This document shows, piece after piece, positions 40,796 through 53,960 of a DNA stretch of 64,000 nucleotides. Below the pieces are notes generated by a model. That model was not told where the DNA came from. It saw only the letters and a list, made by a program, of their open reading frames with translations, and did not search any database. This DNA comes from Lama glama (lineage: Eukaryota). The stretch spans positions 5,086,001-5,150,000 of the forward strand of contig CM052817.1 of the NCBI GenBank assembly GCA_028534125.1. The letters run 5' to 3'. Position 1 is the stretch's first letter, and every line of letters begins with the position of its first letter. Both the position numbers and the translations under genes were made by a program.

Positions 40796-41329
40796 ATGGC
40801 ATTTTTCAACTACTTCTATGCTTTATATATTGGAGTTGTACTGGACTGTACCCTCTGTGATGCCACCATTTTTAAGATGGGAAAACTAAGACCCAAGAGA
40901 CTTGATTGATCCCAAGTCACATGGCAAAAGAGTCATGGACCTATGTGTCCCTATACAGAGAGTGGATAATTATGTGTTGGTAGGTTTTATTGTGGAACAT
41001 TATACTCCTGTTAAAAAGGATGGGGTTGATCTAATGGGCTGGGTTAGACTGATATCCCAGACTGATGGTTGGATTAGAAAAGGAAGCTACAGAATAAGGT
41101 TGACAGCCCAATGGTGTGTGTTCATGTGCACAGAGGGTCGGGATGCTGCACGGGGTGAGGTTAGAGATCAGGCAGGAGAGACACACCTGGTCCTGACCTC
41201 CTCCTCTTCACTCATCCACTCTGGCTCTGGGCAAGTTACACGCCTGGCAGAGCTTCCCTTTCTTTGTCTGTAGCATGAGGACAAAAATAGTGATTAGCTC
41301 CTGGGTCATTAGCAGTAACCAGTAGTAAG

Positions 41330-41930
41330 AGAGTAATATGCTCCAGGAGAAATGATTCCAAGGGGGTAAAAATGAATCTGAGAGATTATGTAGTATGTGT
41401 TAATTTGCTTAGAATACTTTCCATTTCTGGAAAAGTGAGGAGATGAATTAATAACAAGCACATGGGGAATTAAATAAAATGTAAAGGTGATTATCAACTC
41501 CAGGAAAAAGAAAAAGTTGTACAAGAGAGGAAATGTAATTAAAGTTAGCATACTACGTGGTATGGTTGTGAACACAGTTCACATGGTCATAATAATAAAC
41601 ACTGAATATTGATTTAACAAGAAGTAAAATTATAATTAGACTGGTAAGAGGAGGATTGGGGGAATTAGTATAAGAGCAAATCTTTATCTTGGTAACAGAA
41701 AGTCCACTGATAATGTTTAACACAGAAAAATCAAGGATTATCAGCGTAGAGATATTATTTGGAGAAAGGGAAGAAAATGTCAGAGGAAATAACTAGAAGT
41801 TGAAAATTGTTGCATCTGTGCCAGAGAATTGAGGTGGGCAGGATGAAGACTGCTCTTTTTCATTACAAGTCTTTTAGAACCAATTGAGTGTAACTATAGA
41901 AACTTACTTCTTAAATTAAAAAAAATTCCG
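41330..41930 (+). mobile_element. Old L1M-type fragment
   Basis: AT-rich, A-biased sequence resembling an ancient L1 3' UTR. Confidence 0.4.
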
Positions 41931-43021
41931 AATTAATTCTAAAAACAACTTTTAAAAACTGATCATCTCTCGGGAGAAGAGTGGAAATACGTTCTATATT
42001 CTTTGCAGCTTTGTTTATTTTTCAGTGAGAATGTCTTTAAAATATGGCTTATATTTTTTAAAAAACTAAATTTTTAGTGGATAACAAAAAGGATTGCGGC
42101 TTTGTACCCAGGACTCTGACTTTCTGTGGGGACAGGGCTGGCATCTAAGGACAGGGTAGGTGAAAGTTGGACCAGCAAGACATGTAGGACTTGGAACACA
42201 GAGGAACAGGGGGAAGGGAATTCCCAGCTGGGAAAAGACATGAAATCTTTGGCTCAAGACAAGAAACCCACACAAAGATTTTGGTTTGAAGCTTTGGAAA
42301 ACATTTGTTTTTGTTCCTCATAAAAAAAGGATGACGAACTGAATTATTTGAAATGTGGTTTTAACATGGAAAAAAACTAACAAGATTTCATTAGCATTCT
42401 CTTACCAGGCTGTTATTAACAAGTCCAAAGACTGATCTTAAGAGTTCAAGTTCTTTATCACCTCCAGTGAAAACCATTAACACCAGGAAAGAGTTTGAGG
42501 TTGGTTTGTTTCTTGTTTGCTTTTATTTCCCCCAACATTCTTTCTTCTTCTTCTAAGTGTTTTACTTGATTTGTATTTTTGCAACAACTTCCAGAGTGCT
42601 TTCAGAGCTTATTAATGTGTGAAAAAGTCACTTAAAGCAAGTGTGGGTGGACTGAGCGGACATGGACATGAAAGTCACACAGAACGTTAATTTGAATTCC
42701 AGATATGGACTCATTAACTGCATGACCGTGTGCAACTGACTCACCCACCCTGGGTTCCTCTATTCCCCGGACAACAGGGATGGGGCAGGATGCCAATCCC
42801 ACATGTTGATGTGTACATTATATTAAGGAACAGGAGTAAGGAACCTAGTAGGTGCTTGGTAAACAAAAATCACTCTTTCTTTCTCCCAACCACATAAAGA
42901 AAAGTACTCAGATACTAAAGACTTAAATGACCCTTATCCTCATTTCATCCTAGCAGAATTTCCTATGTTCACCTGCACTTTGAGAATTGCCCAGAAGTCC
43001 TTGTCAAGAATGGTCTTATAA

Positions 43022-43185
43022 GGTGGGGGAGGGTATAGCTCAATGGTAGAGCATAATGCCTAGCATGCACGGGGTCCTGGGTTCAATCCCGGGTGCCTCC
43101 ATTAAGATAAGTAAATACACCTAATTACCTCCCCCCTTCAAAAAAAAAACCAAAACCAAAACCAAACAAAAATGAAAATAAAAAG
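43022..43185 (+). mobile_element. Vic-1-like SINE
   Basis: gggggagggtatagctcaatggtagagc...gggttcaatccc...cctaattacctcccc with an A-rich tail. Confidence 0.88.
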
Positions 43186-44279
43186 AATTCTCTCACGGAC
43201 ATCACAGATTGAGGGCGCCTGGGAAAAGCTTCTGTGAGAGACGTGGAGTTTCGCGGCTGTGCCCTGGCCTGGGGTCAGCGGCAGAACAGCGTCCGACTCA
43301 CTATTTTGTCTCCAGGCTCCAGCTCATCTAAGTCCCGGGGGAAAAAGGAAAAGGGCAGCCAGTTGTAATGCAACAGGCAGACCCGAGGAAAAGTAGTGCA
43401 GTGTGAAAATGTGATGGGAACAGAGCCTGGGGCCAGGAATCCAAACATCCGGGCTAATTCTAGTCCATTCCTCCCTGTGCAACCTTAGGCAAATACCCCA
43501 ACCTTTCTGGGCGTTGGTCTCCTCATTTGGCAGAAGAGAGTTATAACTCCTGCTTTGGCAGCCTCACTGACTTGGGGTGAGGGTCTACAAGAGGTGAGTG
43601 CAGCTGGGGGACATATCTCTGTGTCCTTCCTCCCAGTATCTCCCCTCTTCTCTTGTCTCTCCCACCCTGGATGATGTTGGGGCAGGTGGGGGATGAGGGC
43701 AGGAACCAGCAAGAAGCCTCAGGTTTCCTGGCTTCTGAGTCCTAAGCACCTGATCATAGCGGTGGCTTTTGAGGCCTTACTAAGTCCTTGTCACTATTCC
43801 AACAGTCACATTAACTGTTAACTAGAGAAGTGAACAAACATGCGCCAGGTCACATGGCCAGTTAGTGAGCACTTGACCCCAACCTTCTTGGCTCCAAGAA
43901 TGATGCTCACTCAACTCCGTGCTCACACACAGCGCAGCCCAGCCCTCCTTTGAATCTCCAGGTGTCCTGCGTTTGCTCTGGACAGGGAAGCATCAGGACA
44001 TGAGAGCTGGCAGACCTCCATGGAAATGATGGCCTTTTTCTCTGTTACCATTTTCCCCTAAATCTGTGTTCCCGGGGTTGACTTCTCAGCCTCCATCTTC
44101 CTGCCTCTTGGGCAGCCAGGTCCCCCAGGGTTTCTTCTGAAAAATGGACAGCAGTGTGGACAAGAGCCAGGCTCAGTGTTCAGAAGCCCAGTCTGCGGAC
44201 CAGCTGCTCCACCAAACCCACAGGGCCGAGAGCTGCTCACAGAACCTCTGAGGGCTCCTCCTGTGTGAGAGACATTGTC

Positions 44280-44865
44280 TTCATTCAATTAATAAATATC
44301 GAAGCCTGAGCACTGTCCCAGGTGCTGGGGCTTCAGAGGGAACCTGCACAGTCACTGCCTCTAGGTGCTAAGAGTCCAGTGGGGCAGAGATGGGAAATAC
44401 ATAAATAAACACGTAAGCATGTCCTATGCTGTCAGGTAGCAATTTATATGAAGAAAAACAAAGCAAGCTTAGAAGTGGTCATGAAGTGATAACAATGCAA
44501 TTTTAGACAAGGGAATAAGAGAGGCTTCTCTGACACACTAGAGCAGAAACCTGAGAGAGAGAGAGCATATGGACATACGAATACCCAAGGAAAAGCACTG
44601 CAGGCAAGGGCAACAGCAAGTGCAAAGGCCCTGGGGCACAGGTGTGTGAAAGGCATCCAGAAGGTCAGAGGATTTACCATGGTGTGAGCAACTAGGAAAG
44701 TCTAGGGGGCAGGGGGGCCAGATCATGTAGGGCCTTGTGGGCCAGGGTAAGGACTCTGCACTTTTCTGTAAATGAGATGGGAAGCCACTGAAGGGTTTAG
44801 AGCTGGGGAAGGGAAAGATCAGATTTAAATGTTTTTAAAGACCCCCTCCAGAGGTTGCTATGGAA
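44280..44865 (-). mobile_element. L2 LINE fragment
   Basis: gtgcaaaggccctgggg...gggccagatcatgtagggccttgtgggccagggtaagga...gggaagccactgaagggttt. Confidence 0.75.
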
Positions 44866-45401
44866 GACTGGAGAGGATGGACCAACCAGCAAGCTAAAGG
44901 GTCTCAGAAACCATGATATCAAGACTCACTGGAGGAAGGGGAACAGGAGGGATGTTTGCTTTGGACTTAAGTTAGACCAGATGACTTGAGTGCCTGACAT
45001 CACGTTGCTCCTCCTCCCAGTGTGACACCCAGACAGTCACCAACTCTGTCTCTGGGACTTAGTTTCCTCCTGGGGCCCATCAAATAGGTGCACCCATGGA
45101 AGGCTGTCCATGTGCCCAGCTAGCTCTCTACTGCTGAACCCAGACCTTCCAGAGCACCGCCCCCCTGCCGTGGACACGTCACCCCCGAGCCAGGCAGCAG
45201 TTTCTACTGGTGTGCTGCCAAGATATCTCCTCGTAAAGCTGGGGCTTGTGGGGAAGAGGGGGGCATCCTGTTTTACAAAGACTTGTTTATTGGCTGAGAG
45301 GTTGCTCTTACCTACACCCAGGCCCCTGAGGCTCTGCTGGCCGGGTCAGCGGCACCGAGCTTCCAGGAAGAAATGCCCGCAAGCCACCGGCTACACGGGG
45401 G

Positions 45402-46231
45402 CAGGACTGGCTACACAGTTTTGGGGGTCCAAGTCAAAACAAAAATGCACATCCCCTTGTTCAAAAGGCAGGGGCAAAGTGCGTTAAAGGCGCTTACACA
45501 GAAATTGCTTTCCTTTTCTTGCGGCCTCACTCTGGACCTTTTGAGGGTTCCCTATGTCATGTCATGCCCTTGCGCTCACAGGAACACTGGCAGGTGAGTG
45601 CAGACCCTCACAGGCACCCAGGGGTCCCACACTGTGACTTGGCATGCACCAGCTGCCCGGCTCCGCCTCTGCCAGCCACCAGGTCTGCTCAGCAGTGGGG
45701 AAGAGGAATCGAGTCAGAGACCTCCTCCTCCCTCAGACCCACTGCCCTGATCCTTGACAGATGATGATCCCCAAGGGAGTCGCAGTCTCTGTTCTGGGAT
45801 GTGCTAGGTACCTGAATTGGGGAGGACCAGAAGCTCACCCCTCCCAAGTTGCTCGCAGAACACGTGCCACCATCATGCCCCACCTCCAGGTGCCAAAGGG
45901 TGTCTGTGCCCAGGCCTGCCTCTCCCCACACTGGCATCCAGGTCCCCGCCAGTAGAGGGTACCAGCAGTCACTGGGCAGGCGGGCAGAGACGGGGAGGCT
46001 CCAGGGTCACCAGGGAGGAGGGCAGCAGGCAGCCCAAAACTATCCCAGGAGGCAGTGGAGGCAGGTCCAAGCCCCCAGCACATCAGATGTCACTTATGAA
46101 ACGTAAACTTGAAGATAAAATTACTAAGAACTTGGAGATGGTGACAGCAGCATGAAACCCCAGGCATGGGGCCCCTCTGACAGCGGTTCCCTGTGTAACT
46201 GCACTGGTCACAGGCCCATGAAGCCAGCCCA
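45402..46231 (-). mobile_element. MER45-family hAT DNA transposon
   Basis: Its ends are the reverse complement of the 9653-10964 element. ORFs 9726-9929(-) and 45817-46155(+) share LMK(H/R)KL.DKI.KN..MV.A. Confidence 0.7.
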
Positions 46232-46911
46232 GCAGGAGGAGAAGGAAATCAGAATGGTCCCTGGAGCTCATGGACAGGGGTTGGGCTTCATTCAAACGAT
46301 TTCAGAGCTCCTGTTCAATCCTGCGGGTTGCGGCCCGTGTACGGTGCTGGAGCCACCTGGCTGCAGACCGAGACCCGCAGCAGGCACGTCCTCCCAGGTG
46401 GAAACAAGGACCCAAGCAACACGGGCTTCCCTCCAGGAGGAGCAGATTCCACTTGGCCAAATAAAGACCCCCGAGATCAACAAACACTTCCAAATCATTG
46501 CGCTTCAGAAACCAACGTGTCCTGAGCTTCTCCAGAGGCCTCTTTCTCAACAAGACAGCGATGTCTGTCGCTGTGCTCCACACTCTGCTCCCTTCAGCCG
46601 ATGCTGGAACATTTCTTGTGGCCTCGACAAACTGCATGCTCTGTCCCTCCTTAAAGGGATGGGCTGGTGGGATGCAGCATAGAGCTAAGCAATCGCCTGA
46701 AACCAGTCCCATCTGGAGTCAGATGAGGTGTCATGGAATGACCCAGGTTCACTTTCTCACCCTCAGTTTACCCCCACCCCCACCCACTGAGGAACCATGG
46801 CAGGCTGCTGGGCCTTAGCTCCCTCATCTGCAAAATGGGCACAGTGAGAACCTACCCCAACTGCCTGTTAGATGGTGAAAATCAAGAGACCAGATTCTTG
46901 AGTTCAGGTTA

Positions 46912-47150
46912 AAAGTAGAGATAACATAGATAAATAACAAGGACCTACTGTATAGCACAGGGAACTATATTCAATTTCTTGTAATAACATATAATGGAAA
47001 AGATCTGAAAAAATATATATAAGTATGTATATGTATAACTCAATCATTTCCTGTACACCTGAGACTAACAGAACATTGTAAATCAACTACATTTCAATAA
47101 GTAAAAAACATTTAGGAAAGAAACCAAAAAAGAAAGCTATCTTAAAAAAG
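46912..47150 (+). mobile_element. Truncated LINE-1 3' end
   Basis: caaggacctactgtatagcacagggaactatattcaa...aacattgtaaatcaactac with an A-rich tail. Confidence 0.85.
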
Positions 47151-50100
47151 AAGTGGAAATGTCCATTATCCAGGCAAATCATGCCAGTGCCTGTCCACCG
47201 CTAAAGGATGCTCAAAGCCCCCAAATTCTACTCACATCATGGATGGATGGGGATGGGGGGCGCTTTGCACTTGCTGGTCCTTAGCCTGGATGGTTTTCTA
47301 TTCCATTCAAGTATCCCCCATGACCCCCTTCAGGGAGCCCCTGCTCCCAGTCACACCCTCTGTTTGATATACCACCTGGCTGGGCAGCATCTGTTTTCAT
47401 TTCCTTCTTAGTGCCAGCAGCTTGCACTCTCACCCCTAGCTGCTCAGGGACTGGCACGCTGTCTTGTCACAGCACTGTCCCCAGCACCCCTCCCCGGCTC
47501 CCTGGTGCAATGGACACTCGTCCAATGGATGGGTGCCTCGGGATTTCAAGCGGCCACTTCACACCTTTTAACATAAGAAATTATATTATTATTATATCAA
47601 TTGAAGATTAGCCATATTAATTATAAAATCAATTATATTAATTTAAAATAAAAGAGGAGAAAGGGAAGAGAAATTGGGGCTGGGAGAAGGAAGAGCAAGA
47701 AGAATTTCAGGATCCTCATGTCCTGTCCCAGCGTCCCCCAGCCTGGCTCCCAGGGGACCACTGGAGTCAGCCCGAGGGCACTTCTAGAAATCCAGGCACG
47801 GGCGAGGGCTGTGCGCCTGCGCCAAGCCCTCACCCATGAGCCAGGCAGCGTTTACTGGGCCAGGGGGTCGGTCCACTGACGTGGCTTTGTGAATCTGCTG
47901 CCCCTACTCCAGACCCAAAGCAGCTTGATTTGACCTAGAGGAAACTCAGGTGTCAGCTGCCAGGCGTGCTGGCATTTTAGGAGACACAGAAGTGCTCAGG
48001 ATGATTCGCCAAGACGCCTCCTGGCGTCCCCGCCCAAGTCACTGCTCGGTGAAGTTTCCAGCTCAGCCGCCACCTCTCGCGTCTCTTTTTGGGAATGACC
48101 CTCCCCCAATCCCGAGTGGCGGGAAAACTGGGTTTCCCATCATAAGTCCAGGTTCCTAAGGATTTATACAGAAGCTGCTTGGTGACCTGGGACGGGTCAC
48201 TCGATATCTGTGAATATCAGCTGATCTGTTTGTGAAAGGAAATAAAGACAATCTTCTTTAAAGGTCATAGTGTGAATTAAGTGAAATAAGGTGTATTAGG
48301 CGCCTGGTACAGAGTCTGACGCAGAGTAAGTGCTTGTTTTGGGAATGGGCATTTGCTTCCCCACCCAGGACCACACTGGGCACTGGCATAAAAAGCTGAA
48401 AAACCTATCAACCCATAGCCTGCCTCCAGCTCACAGGAGGAAAAGATGTTGACAGACACATTTGGTGCAAGAACAGAAGCATGAATAGTCCTGGAGGTGG
48501 GGTGGGGGCCTGAGGCTCCACTATGTTAATAACCCCAGGGGAGCAGAATTGAGATGATTATTCAGCATTGAGGGGAAGTATCTTCTCTCTCCAGATATTC
48601 GTGCCTTCCCTCCGGGTACCCACCCTGCACTTAACCCTGAGAGGGAGTGCTTCCTCAAATTTTGCTCCCTGGGCACCTGCTTGACTTCTGGGTTGGAATC
48701 CGGTCCAGTCCTGTGGCCTTGGGCAAGTCCCTTCACCTCTTCGAGCGGCAGTGTGCTCACGCGGGCAGAGGGATGACGGTAATGACCCTACTTACTCCTC
48801 AGCTCGTGTGAGGGTTAATGAGGCCTTGCGCGGCAGGCGTTTGGCGCAGGGTCTCACACCCGCACCTGCCAGACACCAGGCAATCCCCTTCCTTCCTTGG
48901 CGTCCACCTCGGTTTCTTAAGCTGCGAGATGGACCGGGGCGGCCTCTGCAGGACCGCTGAGCTCCAGGAGCGCAGGCTGGAGCGGGGCCGCACAGCTGGC
49001 GCACAGCTGGGCCTCGGGAGCTCGGCTGGGTGTCAGGGGAAGGGGTGAGGGAGCCGAGCGGCGAGCTGCGGTCCCCGCAGGGGGCTGTCCGTGCCGGACT
49101 CCGCCCCACAGCTGAGGTCCAGCTGGCTCCCGAGCTGGCGCAGGGTTCCGGGGACTCCAGGACCGGAGCTGGGGGCCGGGGTGCTGGGTTTTGAACCTGA
49201 ATAAGTTTGGGAGGGAAGAGAAACTACGGTGGGGCCTGGGGCTTGCCTCACCCGGCCAGGCTGCAAAGCTTCTCCGGAAACCCTCCCTGCAGGTGTAGAA
49301 GCGCAGCAAGAGGGAAGCAGAAGGGAAGGAATGTTACCAAGGGAAAAGCATCTCTCTGGCAGCAAGCCTGGTCCGGGTCGCCATCACTTTTCCTCTAACT
49401 AGGAACCCTTCTACTTCACTGCCACCCTTCTCCTCACTAACGCCTCCCAGAACTTCAGAAAATGCAAAGCGGATCCTACTGTTAACCCCCCAGAGGCCAG
49501 TTCCAGCCTCGTTAGCCTCTCCCCACCTCAGGGCCTCTGTACTTGCCAGTCCCTCTCCGTGGGAGATTCTTCCCTTGACGTTTCTTCGAACTCCTGGCTC
49601 CTCCTCACACTTTAGGTCTCAGCTCACAGGCTGCCTCCGAAGAAAGGTCCGAAGAAAGGTCCACCTCTTCCACACCTGCATTGCGCTTTGTGCCACCACC
49701 CTGTTATCTTCCCCACCTTATCACACAGCCCCTTCAAGCCTCAGTTTTCTCGTCTCTAAATGAGGACTTTGATTCCATTGGTGACCATGGTGCATCTCTA
49801 AGGCTACATCCAGAACAGTTTCTTCAAATCTGACGTGAGTTGAGGGGTGCACGGAGCACTTACAGCAAGGCGACCTGGTCAATCTTGACTGTTGTCTGAG
49901 GGGGATTCTGCCAAGTGCTCTGGCTCAGGCGCCAACACTTCCCTGGTGCTTTGTGGCCATTTGGATGTGTTTCTGCATTCACACAGGAGACAGAGGCTGC
50001 GGTTGGTAAAAAACATTGATCTGGTCTTAGGCACCTGTATGACCTTTGGCAAGTTGCTTACCTGCCCTGTAACTTGGTTTCCTCACCTGTAATATGGGTT

Positions 50101-51737
50101 AATAAGAGTGCCTGAGTCTTAGGGAGAGGATTAAAGGATTAATTCCGGGTCCACAGTGGCACAGCCTTCCACCCTTCCCATCACCACCCCAGGACAAGAA
50201 CACCCCACCACTTCCAACCCACTCATCCCCCCACCCTTAGGACCAGCCCCCTTAGCCCTTGGGGGATCCGGGCATCCTGACTTCCAATTTGCCAGCCGGA
50301 GTAGCCACGGAGGCTACTAGAGCAACTAGCGCAACTAGCGCAAAGCAAGACCATCCCGCCTCTGTGCCACGAGCTCTCCAGTTTTCCAGGCACGTTCCGA
50401 TTCGAGTCACTCAGCTTCCTCCCTATCAGCCTGGACACGATTCCGTTCCTTGGACCAGGAAACGGGCTCATAGAGGGAAGATGCTAGGTGACATCACCCG
50501 GCAAAGCGTGTCTCGATTCGAAGCTCTGCTCCAGCTCTCACTAGCTGTGTGCTTTTTCCTGGTACTCAATCTATGCTTCAGTTTCCTTGTCTATGAAATG
50601 TGGATACCAATGGTGCGTGCCTGCCTGGTAGTGAGGATTCGTTGGCATAACCCACGTGGAGCGCTTGGAATGTTTTTTGTACGTACAAGGGCTTTATCCG
50701 TGTTAGCTGCAGTCACATTAGGAAGAACAGGTCTGCCGTCACTCCTTATACCCAGCTTGGGGCCGTAGGTGGTATAAGAGACCAACAAACCTGTGGAGAG
50801 CTCGTTCCCCTTCGCACTCCCTAGTCCTCCCAGGAGTCATTGTGCCCATTTAACAGAAATTGAGGCTGAGTCTCAGGGAATGAAAGAGGGGTGTCACTCA
50901 TCCCCAAATATTTGTTTCCAGTAGTTGTGTCCCTAACACCTGCAGTTTTTTTTGGTGGAAGGGCCCCAACTACCACTGGAGGATAGAAGCAGTGTATGGG
51001 TCATCCGAGAAAACTGAGTATCTTTTTTTAAAGTAGCATCCCAAAATGCAGAGTCCAGCCTTCCCTCCAGGCAGCTCATCTGAGCGATTACAAAAAGACA
51101 GGGGAGTTCGGAAGACACCCGGCTGGGAAGTCAGGGAAGTGGCCCTGAGGTCGCGCCTCCCTACCCTCCACGAAACCCCACCCACCCGGTTCCTGGTAAA
51201 CCTGGCAAACGCAGCCTGCAGCTCCCTGTGCGCTGGCGCGCGTACACACAGCCCCTACGCGCCAAGCGCGCAGAACCCCAGCCAGATCACAGCCCTGCAC
51301 GACTGCAAAACCCGCTTCCCATTGGTGGGGGAGGAGGCAGCCCCTGCGGTCCCAAAGCAACTTGTTGGGGTCCAGCCACCGACTGGCGCCGGCCTGGTGC
51401 CACAGTTTTCTCATCTGTAAAATGGGAAACAAAGGGCGCCGTGGCGGGGCTGCTGCACGGACCCACTCATAGCCGAGGCCGATCATGCCGTCTGCTCCCA
51501 ATCAGGCCCCGCCCTAATCAAGAACCGGTCGTTGAATCAGCTTTCACTGCCTGAGAAGACTGGACTTTGCTGCATCCCGCCGCGCTGCTCTAGGCCCAGG
51601 CAGATTCTGTAGGCTCAGAAAGGAGCATTAACTTGAACTTGCTAGAATTCACCATCCAGAAAAGCATAAATCTGGGTTCCAGACCCCAAGTCTGAGTCGT
51701 CTTTTCAGCCCCGACTCTTTTGGAGTCTCTGGGAAAG

Positions 51738-51773
<36 letters not shown>
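51738..51773. repeat. (CA)n microsatellite
   Basis: Directly visible. Confidence 0.95.
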
Positions 51774-51780
<7 letters not shown>

Positions 51781-52374
51781 GAAATTCATCTCTTTTAAGT
51801 ACTCATCATGAAGGGTAATTCCTGCCAGTACCAAGCATCTCACAAGCATGTCATTTCGTTTTATACCCATAATAACACAAAGAAATTGTAGCCACATCCT
51901 ACACTTTATATAGAGAGAAAATAAGGCTCAGAGAGGTTAAGTAACTTGCCCAAGTTCACACAGCTAATAAGTACCCAAACGGGGATTCCTAAGACCACAC
52001 AGCCTGACTCCAGAGATAAGCTCTTTGCTGCTAGAAACACCGCCTTCTCATCTGGGGAGAGGGGAACGAGGGTGTCTGCATGGACATCCCAGATCTTGGG
52101 ACCGGGTTCAGCCCAACTCCAACAAGGCATCGGATCTGATTCCTGGGAAGGCATTTCGAGACTCTCTGAGGAGGCTGAAGGCGGTTGTGTGAGACGGCGT
52201 GTTGGGGGGAGGGGTTCCCCAGGAGGAACCCCAGCAGGAGAAAGAAGAGCTGAGGTCACCGCGGTGTTCTTGGAAAGGAGTTCCCAGCGTTCCCGTGGGC
52301 GACTGGCTGCCTCGCTGTAAAAGCTTTTCGCCCTGGAATTGACCCCACGCGCACGCGCACGCGCGCTGGGCACT

Positions 52375-52422
52375 CGCCCCACCCCGGCCTTCGCTGATCG
52401 CCCCACCCCGGCCTTCGCTGAT
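52375..52422. repeat. Perfect 24-bp tandem duplication
   Basis: cgccccaccccggccttcgctgat x2. Confidence 0.95.
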
Positions 52423-52714
52423 CTCCCCGCGCCCGCGCCCGCGTCCGCTGTGTTCTGAACTGTGCGTCTCACTGCTGTGTTGAACCGCGCGACCCAGTCT
52501 CCAAGTGGCTTCTCTCGGCCTCTGCCTGAAATCTCTTTCTGCAGGCTGGAAGCCTCCCAGTATATCATTTCTCAGGGCTTATCTCCCCCAAACCCCCAAT
52601 CAATGTCTATCTCTGGGTCTCCACCACTCCCCTCCCGGCAAGATTATGTGTGAATGCCAGTGGCTCCCGGTCCAAAGTGGCAAAACCCCTTGTAGGAAAG
52701 TTGAAGGGTGGCCT

Positions 52715-53121
52715 TGAGGTGTATGTGTGCCTCTGTGAACTGGGGCTGTGTATTGGGATGCGTGTGTGTTGATTGTGGGTGTTGGGCGTGTGCTGTGTGG
52801 TTGAGTACGTGTGTTGGTTTGTGTGTACAGGGTGCGCAGCATGTGTTAGCTGTGTGTGGTTTGGCGTCTGTGTGGGTTGCATGAGTGTGCGTTGCATTGC
52901 ATGTGTTTGGGAAGCACAGTTTGGGTATGTGTATTTGTCGGCTGGGTGTGTATGGTTGGTGATGTGTGCTGGTTTTGTGTGTGTGTGTAGTGACTGCTGG
53001 TTGTAACGCGCTTTGCATGTGTCAGTTTTATGTGTGTTAGATGTATGTTAGTTGTGGTGTATGTTGGTGTATTGTGTATGAGTTGGTGATGTGTTGGTGT
53101 GCGTGCGCGCGCGCGCGCGCA
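52715..53121. repeat. Degenerate (TG)n-rich low-complexity tract ending in (CG)n
   Basis: About 400 bp of TG-rich sequence followed by gtgcgtgcgcgcgcgcgcgcgca. Confidence 0.9.
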
Positions 53122-53960
53122 GACTTTCTCCAGAGCGGAGGGAGCCAAGTCCAGCGTCCCGCACCGGCGCTGCAACCAGCAGGGGCTGTGGGCCCGCGGG
53201 GCCGCGGGAGGGCGCTGCGGAGGAGGCAGGCCGGTGGGATGAGAGGGTCGCCGTAGGCCTGGAGCGGCGGTGCTTGCGCGGCGGCAGTGGGAGCCGAGTG
53301 GAGCGGAAGGAAATCCGAGCGTCTGGGACGGGCACACTGGGGTGCTCTGGTGAATGGACACGGGGGTAGTCGAGGTGCTTCCCCCGGCGGCCGGCGGCAG
53401 GGTCGGGGGAGTGGCCCGGCCCGGCCGCGGTGTGAGCGGCTGGGAGGGCGGGGACGGAGCCGCGGAGGCCGCACGGCCCCGGGGGCCCGGCCAGGCCGGC
53501 GCCAGCCGCCAAGTTGAAAGGCGGCCGCGGCCTCTCCTCGCTGCTTCCCACTGCGCCCCCAGGGCTCCAGGCGGGGCGCAGGCCTGGGCCCGGCCGGCCT
53601 CACCTCCGCGCCTTGGGTCACTAGGGGGCATCGGTCGTTGCGCGGCCAGGGCCAGCCTCACAGCCGTAGGATTCGCACTCACGGCTCCCGCCTCGTGCCT
53701 CGTAAGTGTCTTCACTGGGCCTCCCGAGCGAGCTGGGCATTCAGCCCCGCGGTCAGCGAGGGGAGAAACGAACCCTAGAACAAGGTGCCCTTAGTGTGAG
53801 CTCTCCAGCCCCACCCCAGCTTCTCAGGTCCCTGACCGGCCGGTCCCGCTGACCTGCACCCAGAGCTAGGAGCGCCCCTGGCCCCCTGCCGCCTGGTCAT
53901 CTCAGTCCTCCGCGGGCTTCCACACCACGGACTTTGGTGTCGCCCCCGAGGTCAGAAGCC
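53090..53960. other. Orphan CpG island about 3 kb downstream of MSX1
   Basis: Dense CpG and GC boxes with no recognisable coding sequence. Confidence 0.85.

Noticed and set aside
49635..49662. 12-bp tandem duplication (ccgaagaaaggt x2)
   Set aside because: Ordinary slippage inside an old L2-like remnant.
52644..53794. Long ORFs up to 289 aa, including His/Thr-rich ones
   Set aside because: Produced by the TG-rich tract and the CpG island; no domain features.
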